From Octopus vulgaris (lineage: Eukaryota): 64,000 nt of DNA. The DNA is taken from contig OX597837.1 in the NCBI GenBank assembly GCA_951406725.2, forward strand, positions 3,720,001 through 3,784,000, given 5' to 3'. How positions within the stretch are numbered: the stretch's first letter is position 1; every line of letters starts with the position of its first letter. The position numbers and the translations under genes were made by a program. Below the pieces are notes generated by a model. It was not told where the DNA came from, did not search any database, and was given only the letters and a program-made list of their open reading frames with translations. This document shows, in pieces, positions 16,500 to 27,588 of this stretch.

Positions 16500-18563
16500 A
16501 AATCACACATAGAAAGAATCAAAAAGAAAATTAATAGGTTTTTTAAAGATTTCAACCTTAGCATAACCTATGAACCAGGCATTAAAATAGCTAATTTTCT
16601 AGATATTACTTTAGACCTTAACTCCAAACTACATTATCCATTTAGAAAAGAAGGTGAAATAACTAGTTACGTAAGTAAATTATCTAATCATCCCCCAAAT
16701 ATAATTAATTCCTTAATTAGAAATATTTCCATGAGAATATCCAAATTATCGTCTAATTTTGATATATTTAACTCACACTCAGGACATTACAATGAGGCGT
16801 TATCTAGAGCAGGATATAACCAAAAAATTACATTTATTGATATGGAAAACTTACAAACTCATAATAATTTTAATAATTTAAATAGCAATAACCACATAAA
16901 CAACAAAAACGATCAAGCCGAAAAGATACGTAGAGGTAGATTTAATACATCTAATCGTAATGATAATAAGTACAAGGATAAATACATAGACCATAACATA
17001 GATAGCCCTGATAAGACAATCTTAGAGAAAATTAAGAAACATACAATTAGTAACGAAGGCAACAATAATGACCAAGCCAGAAATGATAGTAGAAATAGAT
17101 TTACAACGGCAAAGTACCCTAATGATATTAAGAACATTAATAAAAACATAGTAGTGAACACTTGTAATAAGGATAAAATAAACTTGGATAAAACTAATAA
17201 ACATGCAAATAGGAACATTAATAAATACAAAGAATCTGATGAGAGTAGAACAATTCTAACAGCCCTAACTCTAATTCTAAGAAATTTAATAAGAAAGACA
17301 TAATATGGCTAAACATCCCTTTTAACTGTGCGGCTTCATCAGATATTCAGAGTAGATTCAAAATAATTCTTGAAAAAAATTTTCCATCCTCTCATAGATA
17401 TCATAAAATTATTTCTAAAAAAACAGTCAGAATTTCTTATTCAACCCTCCCAAATATGTCCACTTTAATAGCTAAGATCAATAATAATAACATAAAACTA
17501 GCCAGAAAAAATTTAAACAATAAAAATAAAAATACAATTGAAAATTGTAATAACATTACTGAAAGTAATAATTGCAACAATGATAATAAGGAATGTCATA
17601 TAATAAATATAACCAATAGCTATAGAATTGTTAACAATAATAATAACATAAATAGGAATGATTATGTTAATAATAGGAATAATACCAGGAATGTAAGTAC
17701 AGTGAATGAGGACAACAATGTTATCAGCAATAACACTACACATTTAGAAAACAATACCGACAACAATACTAACAGCATCAACAATATCAATAATGATAGT
17801 AGGGTTATAGAACCAAATGATAGTGTAGGAATACCGATAAATGATAACACTACTTTAGGTAATAACATTAACTACAATAATGATAACATTATTTTAGATA
17901 ACAACACCAATAATATTAATAATGAAAGTATGGCTTTAGAACCAAATGAAAATGTAAGAATACCAATAAGTGATAATACTACTTTAGATAATAATATTAA
18001 CTACAATAATGATAAAGTTATTTTAGATAGCAGCAATAACCAAAATCATGATAAATATACCCGCACTGCTTCGAGTAACAGTAATATGAGACTTCTATCC
18101 TCAAGTTATTCTACTTCAAATTATAATTCCCCTAGATGTAACTGCAGAATTAAATCAAAATGCCCGGCACCTGGTTTATGCGGGTTAAATAACATAATCT
18201 ACAAATGCTCCATAACCACAGATAATAATAAATTCACTTATGTTGGATGTACTGTAAATTTTAAGAAAAGATTGAGTAATCATCTATCCTCCTTCAGATT
18301 ACGTCATAAAGCTGATAGCACCACTCTTTCTAGTAAAATTTGGGAACTAAAAAACAATAATATCAAATATAACCTTAATTGGGAATTAGTCAGAAGAGCA
18401 ATACCCTATAAAAATAGCAGAGTAGGTTGTCAACTTTGCTCCATGGAAACATTTGAAATACTAATGTATAGAAAAAAATAGGGAAATTTCACTGAACAGC
18501 AGAATTGAATTAGGAATTTCTTGTATACACGCTCGAACTAAGACTCTTAAATATTTTAAATGA
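16500..18563 (+). pseudogene. Penelope-like RT C-terminus/thumb plus GIY-YIG endonuclease, with two frameshifts and Asn-rich insertions
   Basis: Translates as ERIKKKINRFFKDFNLSIT..ANFLDITLDL..YPFRK..SNHPP..RISKLSS..YNEALSRAGY; then IIWLNIPF..NFPSSHRYHKI..TVRISYS; CNCRIKSKCP..CGLNNIIYKC..YVGCTVNFKKRLSNH..TTLSSKIWELK..CQLC..LNSRIE..C.H. Frameshifts near 17250-17290 and 18475. Confidence 0.9.
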
Positions 18564-20091
18564 TATTTTAATTGACAACTGTATATTAAAATCACTTTGT
18601 ACAAAATCATTTTGATTTATACTTTACTCCTACATAGTATATTATATATTTAACTAGACAGATACGATCTAACTAGCTATGATTATATTCTCTCTCTAAC
18701 TGTACTATTTAATACTTATTGATTTAAGCTATTTGATTTATTTCTATTAGACTATATAGATAATTTAAATTTTGCTCTATTTTTATCTCTATTTCTTAGT
18801 CTATTTCACTTTAACCTACCTATAAAAAATTAGTTAGTTAAACTTCTTAGTTTCTTTTACACTAATAATTAATTCTGCTAATCCCAAACCTATTTTAATA
18901 TATTATATTATAATATAATATAATATAATATAATATAATATAATATGATATAATATAATATAATAATAATATAATTGTTTGGTTTCATTAGAAAACAACT
19001 CCTTTTTTCTTTCCTTTCTACAGACCTTTCATTGTAACCTGACAATCTATTAATAGTAACATTAATAAATAAAGAAATAAATTAATTGACCTCAGTTCGA
19101 ATTTTGCACCAAATGAGCTTAGATTTTTCTTATAGTATCAACTTGTGTCCCTCCCCTTAGCTTCCCGTTCCCTTCTCTTTGATAGCATTTAATAGCAGTA
19201 ACTGACTAAATTCTACTTCCTTCCTCTTCTCTCTGTGATTCTTGTAATTTTCAATAACAATCTGTTCCTCTACAGAATAAGATTGTCATTTTGCTTCTCA
19301 CTCGGATTCCCTGAAATTTCGCACGATTGTACCCAAAATTTCTACACATAACTTGATTAATAATTCACTATGAACTATATGGACATGCACATATTCTGTA
19401 AGTTCAAGACCTTTCATCGGATCTCCAGGAATCGAACTTATCTGTGATTTTTGTAAATTTCAATAACAATCTGTTCCTCTACACGATATGACAGTCACTT
19501 TGCTTCTTACTCGGATTCTCAGAAATTTCGCATGACTGTATCCAAAATTTCTTCACATAACTTGATTAACAATTCACTATGAGCTATATATGGACATGCA
19601 CAAATTCTGTAAGTTCAAGACCTTTCATCGGATCTCCAGGAATCGAACTTTCTTCAATGCAGTTAAACTTACACCCTCATTTGTATCTACCCCTTTTGAT
19701 GTTTGGGAATCTCTGTAGCATGTGTTTAGAGAGTACCAGATACCTTTAGATGTGCCTTTATTCCATGATGGAATTTTTCAATAAGTGTTTCTGTTCTTTT
19801 TTTTGTTTGAGGTTACGGCCAGCAGTACCATGCACCACATCACAGAGAAGATAATAGAGATGTTGAAAATTCAAAGCCTTTGAAACTCAAGAGAGGCCAT
19901 GTTCAGTGTCAATCCCACTCTCCAAACAACGTAGGCATTTTTTCCCAAAAGAAGAAATATTCAGCACCATTCAAGATCATTCGATGGAAACAAAGTCGCA
20001 GGTGTTACCGAGTAGAAGGCACCTGCCTAAGTTGCAACATAGTGGACCCGGAACCATAAGGCTGGGAGGAAAGCTTCTTACAACACAACCA

Positions 20092-20136
<45 letters not shown>

Positions 20137-20704
20137 ACAGGCACACTCACACGCACAAAGACACACACCTTTACATGTATGTGAGCATTTATGTACGTAT
20201 TACTCAAATTAACCGCCTACAACACAATTAACTGTCAATTAAGATTCATATAATCGCAATCTAATGTTACAAGATCTCCCGATTCCTCACCACCCCGAAA
20301 AATAATTACGCTTTCGTCATCAACGAGTTAAGTTTAAGTTATTTTCTCCACTGACAACTAAATCCACCGTAATTAAATTGCAGTTAGTAAACGTGTTTGG
20401 CATCTCACATTTTTCACATTATCTTTAATCTAATGACCCAAAGTTCGACTTTAAATATCTATAATATTTTGGCCTGCCATTTGACATATCATTTCCGTGA
20501 AGGTTGACAGTCAATTAAGTCACACTTAATTATGGGTTAAATTATCCGAAAACCTGCTGCATTTCTGACGACGTTCCTCGCCAAAGTTTATTCTGCATCG
20601 GGTTACAGATACTCTCAGGTCTCTCATCTCAGGTCTCTCATCTCATCAGAAATACAAAATACCGGCAAAAGTCTATCTGAAAATTTGTTATCTCTCTCTC
20701 TCTC

Positions 20705-20912
20705 TCTTACTCTTTTACTCTTTTACTTGTTTCAGACTGCGGCCATGCTGGAGCACCGCCTTTAATCGAGCAACTCGACCTCGGGACTTATTCTTTTTTT
20801 GTAAGCCCAGTACTTATTCTATCGGCCACTTTTGCCGAACAGCTAAGTAATGGGGACATAAACACACCAGCATCGGTTGTCAAGCAATGCTAGGGGGACA
20901 AACACAGACACA

Positions 20913-20969
<57 letters not shown>

Positions 20970-21153
20970 ACACACACACATATATGTACATATATACGAC
21001 GGGCTTCTTTCAGTTTCCGTCTACCAAATCCACTCACAAGGCTTTGGTCGACCCGAGGCTATATAGAAGACACTTGTCCAAGGTGCCACGCAGTGGGACT
21101 GAACCCGGAACCATGTGGTTGGTAAACAAGCTACTTACCACACAGCCACTCCT
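20705..21153 (-). mobile_element. tRNA-derived SINE
   Basis: Reverse complement head GGAGTGGCTGTGTGGTAAG...GGTTCAGTCCC plus the shared body and tail. Confidence 0.85.
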
Positions 21154-21319
21154 GTTACAATATATATTCTACTAACTTATTTTATTTATTTTAATTATTG
21201 AAATGCGACCATGCTGGGGCACTGCCTAGGAGGCTTTTAGTCAAACAAATCAACTATAGTACTTATTTTACTGTTTAAATCTGGTAAGGATTCTATCGAT
21301 CTCTGCCGACACGCTATTC

Positions 21320-21732
21320 TCTTTCTCTTTCTCTTTTACTTGTTTCAGTCATTTGACTGCGGCCATGCTGGAGCACCGCCTTTAGTCGAGCAAATCGACA
21401 CCGGGACTTACTCTTTGTAAGCCCAGTGCTTATTCTATCGGTCTCTTTTTGCCGAACCGCTAAGTGACGGGGACGTAAACACACCAGCATCGGTTGTCAA
21501 GCAATGCTAGGGGGACAAACACAGACACACAAACACACATACATATATATATATATATACATATATACGACAGGCTTCTTTCAGTTTCCGTCTACCAAAT
21601 CCACTCACAAGGCATTGGTCGGCCCGGGGCTATAGCAGAAGACACTTGCCCAAGATGCCACGCAGTGGGACTGAACCCGGAACCATGAGGTTGGTTAGCA
21701 AGCTACTTACCACACAGCCACTCCTGCGCCTA
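21320..21732 (-). mobile_element. tRNA-derived SINE, full length
   Basis: Near-identical to 22655-23054 and to the reverse complement of 36273-36690. Confidence 0.85.
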
Positions 21733-21793
21733 TATTTACAATGACTTAGATAAACAATGGTTGTCAGCTCGCAGATAAAGGCAAACACCCTCG

Positions 21794-21860
<67 letters not shown>

Positions 21861-21864
21861 CATA

Positions 21865-22010
21865 TATACGACGGGCTTCTTTCAGTTTCCGTCTACCAAA
21901 TCCATTCACAAGGCTTTGATCGGCCCGTAGACGACACTTACCCAAGTTTCCACGCTGTAGGACTGAACCCAGAACCATATGGTTGGGAAGCAAGCTTCTT
22001 ACCACACACA
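21865..22010 (-). mobile_element. SINE 5' half
   Basis: Diverged copy of the same head and core. Confidence 0.7.
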
Positions 22011-22216
22011 TATATTATGTGTATATATATATATATATATATAACATATGGGGGATCAGCCATCTGAATGTGGCTAGGGTCAGGGCGGGGTGGTGGGGGT
22101 GTTACTGATGCATTTAGCCCCAGGCGAACATCAACGTCACCAGAAGGGCTGACACCATCTCGGTGTCCTTGCCAGCCTGCAAAGGGAGATCATCCTTCCC
22201 GAAGATACGGATACTA

Positions 22217-22259
22217 CACACGGACCGGTTTCGAGGTTATTGCCTCTTGTCAACGTATG
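22217..22259 (-). ncRNA. Type-I hammerhead ribozyme, U3-A8 core variant
   Basis: Minus strand: CAUACG-UUGACAA-GAGG CAAUAA CCUC-GAAA-CCGG-UC-CGUGUG; lies in a ~225-bp GC-rich insert (22050-22276) between (TA)n tracts. Confidence 0.75.
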
Positions 22260-22275
22260 GTAAGCAGCGCTCTTC

Positions 22276-22322
<47 letters not shown>

Positions 22323-22324
22323 TA

Positions 22325-22652
22325 GATAATGAGGGAGATAAATATAGATAGATAGATAATGAGGGAGATAAATTTAATATTAATTTAATTAATATCAATT
22401 TAAAACCCGTAGCCTAGCATACAAAAATCTGAAAAATCAGAGAAAATTCTAATACATGTGTATATTTAAAGGGCTAAAAAACCACTATGTGGTCAGCCAC
22501 ATGCTAGAAGTAGATCACCTGCGATCAAACTACAAAGAAAAGAATGTTTTCTAGAGAAATTCCGCGGACACCAGAAAAATATGCGGGCAAGACAGATGAA
22601 AATTATATAAAAAAAAGAATTAATCGCAGACCTAGGTTTCACCTTTAAATGT
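22325..22652 (-). mobile_element. PLE 3' tail remnant with a half HHR
   Basis: Reverse complement has GAAACCTAGGTC at 22629-22640, truncated by a SINE; the first ~115 bp are repeated at 23075-23188. Confidence 0.5.
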
Positions 22653-22654
22653 AC

Positions 22655-23054
22655 TCTTACTCTATTACTCTTTTACTTGTTTCAGTCATTTGACTGCGGC
22701 CATGCTGGAGCACCGCCTTTAGTCGAGCAAATCGACCCCGGAAATTATTCTTTGTAAGCCCAGTACTTATTCTATCGGTCTCTTTTTGCCGAACCGCTAA
22801 GTGACGGGGACGTAAACACACCAGCATCGGTTGTCAGGCAATGCTAGGGAGACAAACACAGACACAAACACACACATACATATATATATACGACAGGCTT
22901 CTTTCAGTTTCCGTCTACCAAATCCACTCACAAGGCATTGGTCGGCCCGGGGCTATAGCAGAAGACACTTGCCCAAGATGCCACGCAGTGGGACTGAACC
23001 CGGAACCACGTGGTTGGTTAGCAAGCTACTTACCACACAGCCACTCCTGCGCCT
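22655..23054 (-). mobile_element. tRNA-derived SINE, full length
   Basis: Near-identical to 21320-21732. Confidence 0.85.
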
Positions 23055-23501
23055 ATATATATATATATATATATAGATAGATAGATAATGAGGGAGATAA
23101 ATTTAATATTAATTTAATTAATATCAATTTAAAACCAGTAGCCTAGCATACAAAAATTTGAAAAATCAGAGAAAATTCTAATACATGTCAAGTAGTGTGG
23201 AGCGACTGACCTCCCTTGTTCGAAGGTTATATGGATACAGTTTGTGTATCAAATAGCTAACTTAAGGCGATGGCCTCATGGAGCTAATAAGCGGACAGCT
23301 TTTTTCTTATTTTTATAAGAATGCCATATTAGTATGGCGATAACTATTATTTTCCGGGAAAGCTGCCGCTGTTCTCTTTTAGAGAGACTTAGTTATTTTA
23401 ATATTTCTATTATTGAAAACAAGTGGATGTATTCCACCGAAACTAGGTAAATAAAACCATCGAACAGAGATTGTCGGAAGCGACACCTACTGGCTGGCTA
23501 C

Positions 23502-23543
23502 GCTGCATTGAAAAGGGGCAATACCCCGAAACGCGTCTGTAGC
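23502..23543 (+). ncRNA. Type-I hammerhead ribozyme, U3-A8 core (unit 1)
   Basis: GCTGCA TTGAAAA GGGG CAATA CCCC GAAA CGCG TC TGTAGC; cleavage predicted after C23537; stem I extends via CTGGC/GCCGG beyond an internal loop. Confidence 0.8.
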
Positions 23544-23863
23544 TGCCGGTCAAGTAGTGTGGAGCGACTGACCTCCCTTGTTCGAAGGTTATATGGATAC
23601 AGTTTGTGTATCAAATAGCTAACTTAAGGCGATGGCCTCATGGAGCTAATAAGCGGACAGCTTTTTTCTTATTTTTATAAGAATGCCATATTAGTATGGC
23701 GATAACTATTATTTTCCGGGAACGCTGCCGCTGTTCTCTTTTAGAGAGACTTAGTTATTTTAATATTTCTATTATTGAAAACAAGTGGATGTATTCCACC
23801 GAAACTAGGTAAATAAATCCATCGTACAGAGATTGTCGGAAGCGACACCTACTGGCTGGCTAC

Positions 23864-23905
23864 GCTGCATTGAAAAGGGGCAATACCCCGAAACGCGTCT
23901 GTAGC
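23864..23905 (+). ncRNA. Type-I hammerhead ribozyme, U3-A8 core (unit 2)
   Basis: Identical to unit 1. Confidence 0.8.
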
Positions 23906-24225
23906 TGCCGGTCAAGTAGTGTGGAGCGACTGACCTCCCTTGTTCGAAGGTTATATGGATACAGTTTGTGTATCAAATAGCTAACTTAAGGCGATGGCCT
24001 CATGGAGCTAATAAGCGGACAGCTTTTTTCTTATTTTTATAAGAATGCCATATTAGTATGGCGATAACTATTATTTTCCGGGAACGCTGCCGCTGTTCTC
24101 TTTTAGAGAGACTTAGTTATTTTAATATTTCTATTATTGAAAACAAGTGGATGTATTCCACCGAAACTAGGTAAATAAATCCATCGAACAGAGATTGTCG
24201 GAAGCGACACCTACTGGCTGGCTAC

Positions 24226-24267
24226 GCTGCATTGAAAAGGGGCAATACCCCGAAACGCGTCTGTAGC
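24226..24267 (+). ncRNA. Type-I hammerhead ribozyme, U3-A8 core (unit 3)
   Basis: Identical to unit 1. Confidence 0.8.
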
Positions 24268-24430
24268 TGCCGGTCAAGTAGTGTGGAGCGACTGACCTCC
24301 CTTGTTCGAAGGTTATATGGATACAGTTTGTGTATCAAATAGCTAACTTAAGGCGATGGCCTCATGGAGCTAATAAGCGGACAGCTTTTTTCTTATTTTT
24401 ATAAGAATGCCATATTAGTATGGCGATAAC

Positions 24431-24473
<43 letters not shown>

Positions 24474-25238
24474 CATATAAAGCTTCCATTTTAGTTGTTT
24501 CGATAATCCAGACTGGCGCTACTGCATTTCCACTTTTCCACTGTGACCAAGTTTTAAGCAGTCGGCGATAATTGATATGGTTCTTGGGACTTTATAAATC
24601 ACTGGATTATGAAAAGCATTAAATTACTGTTATCTCTGAAAATAAAATTTAGATCGATATTGACTGGGTTTAAGGCTTGGGTATCAGTAAATATGCAGGA
24701 ATATGATGCAAACTACCATGTATGCATATAAGTACGTATGTATGCATATATGCATGTAAGTATGTATGAATGTCTCCCCTGCATTGAATCACTTAAATTA
24801 TCCCTCTGAAGAAGGACCTGGTTTCTATCAATGCAGATAACGAAAACAATGTCTCATTTTGAACCTGAGAAAAGTCTTACTCAGTTTTATTATTATTATT
24901 TTTTTACTGTTCTGCTTACAGATTGTATTTGTAATGTGCAAATCGGATGATTACTTTTACTGAAAATCCAAGCTTATCGGACGCACATACTCAATGTATG
25001 TTTGTTCATCGGTTCGCTGCAAATAGGGCACTGGGGACGACGGCTAATAACACTCTTTGTTAAAACTACACGCCTCCAGTCTTATCCAGGAGTGATGAAT
25101 ACCGATATTTCGCCATTTCTTGTCGTTAATCAACATTACGCACCCGAATCGAACCGAGCACAAACTGTATCGCCAGTCTATGTCCATAATGCATATAATA
25201 CTAGCGCTGTCGTTAATTTATCATTGAATGTACATACT

Positions 25239-25324
<86 letters not shown>

Positions 25325-25364
25325 CAAGAAAGAGAGAGCACTGCTTTCATATGCTTATTTTCTC

Positions 25365-25615
25365 CCTGCCTGAGGTGGTCTTTTCTGTAGGCTTTTCTTT
25401 CCATGGATGAACCTAATCTTGTTTCTTACTTTTTAAAAAATTTCTTTCTGTGATACACGATCCCTTTTGATCGCTTTTTTCTCCCGATCCCTTTTGATCG
25501 GAATTTTACATTTATTCCCTTTTTTTTTTACTTTTTCTTTTCCATTTTCGAAAAGAAAAGCTCTACATTTGTATTTGTCCCTTTATGTTCAGCCCTGTGT
25601 GGCCAATAAAGAAGG
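25365..25615 (+). mobile_element. Dispersed repeat, probable LINE 3' tail (also 48450-48605 and 60100-60410)
   Basis: Shared AAAAGCTCTAC..TTGT..TTTGTCC...CAGCCCTGTGTGGCCAATAAAGAA end, associated with (ATCT)n. Confidence 0.55.
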
Positions 25616-25626
25616 CTATCTGTATA

Positions 25627-26425
25627 TACGATGACTGATCAATAAGTATCCGGACTGGAGCTATAACAACAAAACTGCAACACGTACCAAATTGGCATTG
25701 AATCTCTTTCAAAGTCCTCTCCTTCGGAAGCCACACACTTAATCCAGTGCTGTTTCCATTGATGGAAGCATTCCTGGAACTCGTTATCTGAGATAATCAA
25801 CAGCTGCCTCGTCGCATTCAGTTTACACGACGACCTGAAGACTTTTCAAGCGGAATCTGATTTTTGGAAAGAGGATAATGTCGTAAGGGGCGAGATTTGG
25901 GGAATACGGTGACTGTCGGACCTGGGGAATGCTGCGCCACGCCAAAAAATGCTGCCAATCTGCGCTGAATGGGCATGTGCATTGTCAGCTGAAATCAGTT
26001 TTGGCACAAATATGGCAGACACTCCTCTCATACCCGAAACATCAGTGATAATGGACTGAACTAAACCCTAACTAATCTGTACATTCTCCGATAACTCACG
26101 GGTGGTAATTAAACGATTTCCCCTCAGAGTTTTACTCACATCTGCGATGCTTTTCTCAGTTCTTGTTACGGGTCTCCCAGAGCGTTCGTCGCTATCAACA
26201 TTTTTTCGGTTCACACACTTCTCTCCGTACACTTTTGGCAGAATTTGATGCAGATTCTCTGCTCCACTTACTCTATCATGGCCAATGCGACGATCACACG
26301 CTACACACGTTCCTTCCGAGCACTGCCATTTACAGCACAAGTGAGCTAGAACGTTAAAACGCCAATCCGTACCAAGCGGCTTAACTCTGCGTGCTTTAGC
26401 TTCGTTACTATGTCGACAATCCGGA
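25627..26425 (-). mobile_element. Degraded mariner transposon
   Basis: Minus-strand peptides DSDERSGRPVT..LRGNRLITTRELSE, PYSPNLAPYD and FQECFHQWKQHWIKCVASEGEDFE; TIR-like TACGATGACTGATCAATAAGTATCCGGACT. Confidence 0.85.
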
Positions 26426-26631
26426 TCAAAACACATACACACACACCGATACACAGGCGTATATATATATATAGATGAGAAAGTTGGTTTGTGAAAGCAC
26501 GTGGTTGAATAAATAGAAAATACTAAAAAGTGAAAAAGCTACAGAAGGCTTGTTTTAAAAGGTTAAAAATATTTGCGTCAATATGTCTGAAGAATATTAT
26601 AAATTTTTTTCTTACAATGACATAGTTTAGA

Positions 26632-26669
26632 AGAAATGACCGGTTTCGCGTTCAGCTTTTCAAATTTCT
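26632..26669 (-). ncRNA. Minimal hammerhead ribozyme, U3-A8 core
   Basis: Minus strand: AGAAAU-UUGAAAA-GC UGAAC GC-GAAA-CCGG-UC-AUUUCU. Confidence 0.7.
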
Positions 26670-26752
26670 AACATCGTTATGTTTATGTTGAGAAGAGTTC
26701 TAGATAAGGGGAGGTAATAAGTGATTTCTTCCGGTGTAAGGGAGATAATCGC

Positions 26753-27110
26753 TTAAAATTTTTTGCCTTTCCTTTGGAGTGAATTTCTCTGTATAAGTAT
26801 GTTGGAATGGTTTAGTCTGGGCTTGTACTTTTCAATGAAGAATGTTTCCTTGTTTAGTCTAATTTGTGTTGGTGTTCCGATAGCACATTGGTAAAATGGA
26901 AAGATAAAAAATTTTGGTAGTAGTTGCTTTGTGCATTTCTCAATGTGCTCACTAAAAGGTATCATTCTGTATTCTGGGAATGCAATCTGTTGTCGATGCA
27001 GTGTGCATCTACGTCTGAGTGATAGTCCCGTGGATCCCACGTAGTCTTGGTGGCAGACCGAGCATTTTATGATATAAATTATGTTTTCAGAGGCACAAGT
27101 AAAATTAAAT
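26753..27110 (-). pseudogene. PLE GIY-YIG endonuclease fragment
   Basis: FNFTCASENIIYIIKCSVCHQDYVGSTGLSLRRRCTLHRQQI..SEHIEKC..RLNKETFFIEKYKPRLN; 5'-truncated. Confidence 0.85.
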
Positions 27111-27434
27111 TTCTGTCCCTTTTAGTGAGCACATTGAGAAATGCGCAAAGCAACTACTACCACAATTTTTAATCTTTCCATTTTACCAATGTGCTATCGG
27201 AACACCAACACAAATTAGACTAAACAAGGAAACATTCTTCATTGAAAAGTACAAGCCCAGACTTAACCATTCCAACATACTTATACAGAGAAATTCACTC
27301 CAAAGGAAAGGCAAAAAATTTTAAGCGATTATCTCCCTTACACCGGAAGAAATCACTTATTACCTCCCCTTATCTAGAATTCTTCTCAACATAAACATAA
27401 CGATAACTCTTCTCAACATAAACATGACGATGTT

Positions 27435-27472
27435 AGAAATTTGAAAAGCTGAACGCGAAACCGGTCATTTCT
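27435..27472 (+). ncRNA. Minimal hammerhead ribozyme, U3-A8 core (inverted arm)
   Basis: AGAAAT TTGAAAA GCTGAACGC GAAA CCGG TC ATTTCT. Confidence 0.7.
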
Positions 27473-27588
27473 TCTAAATTATGTCATTGTAAGAAAAAAA
27501 TTTATAATATTCTTCAGACATATTGACTCAAATATATATTTTTTAACCTTTTAAAACAAGCCTTCTGTAGTTTTTTCACTTTTTACTA

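Larger units (their letters stand above)
15527..19715 (+). mobile_element. 5'-truncated Penelope-like element with an inverted copy of its 3' UTR
   Basis: 15770-16500 is the reverse complement of ~18775-19715 (the right arm has an extra internal duplication of about 200 bp); the arms flank an RT/GIY-YIG ORF remnant; HHR in the left arm. Confidence 0.9.
23187..24436 (+). mobile_element. 362-bp tandem array (3.45 copies) with one HHR per unit; non-LTR retrozyme-like
   Basis: GTCAAGTAGTGTGG starts at 23187, 23549, 23911 and 24273; units differ at only a few bases; no ORF. Confidence 0.85.

Noticed and set aside
24780-24850. CTGAAGA...GAAA as a hammerhead
   Set aside because: Could not form stems I and III or find a UH site.
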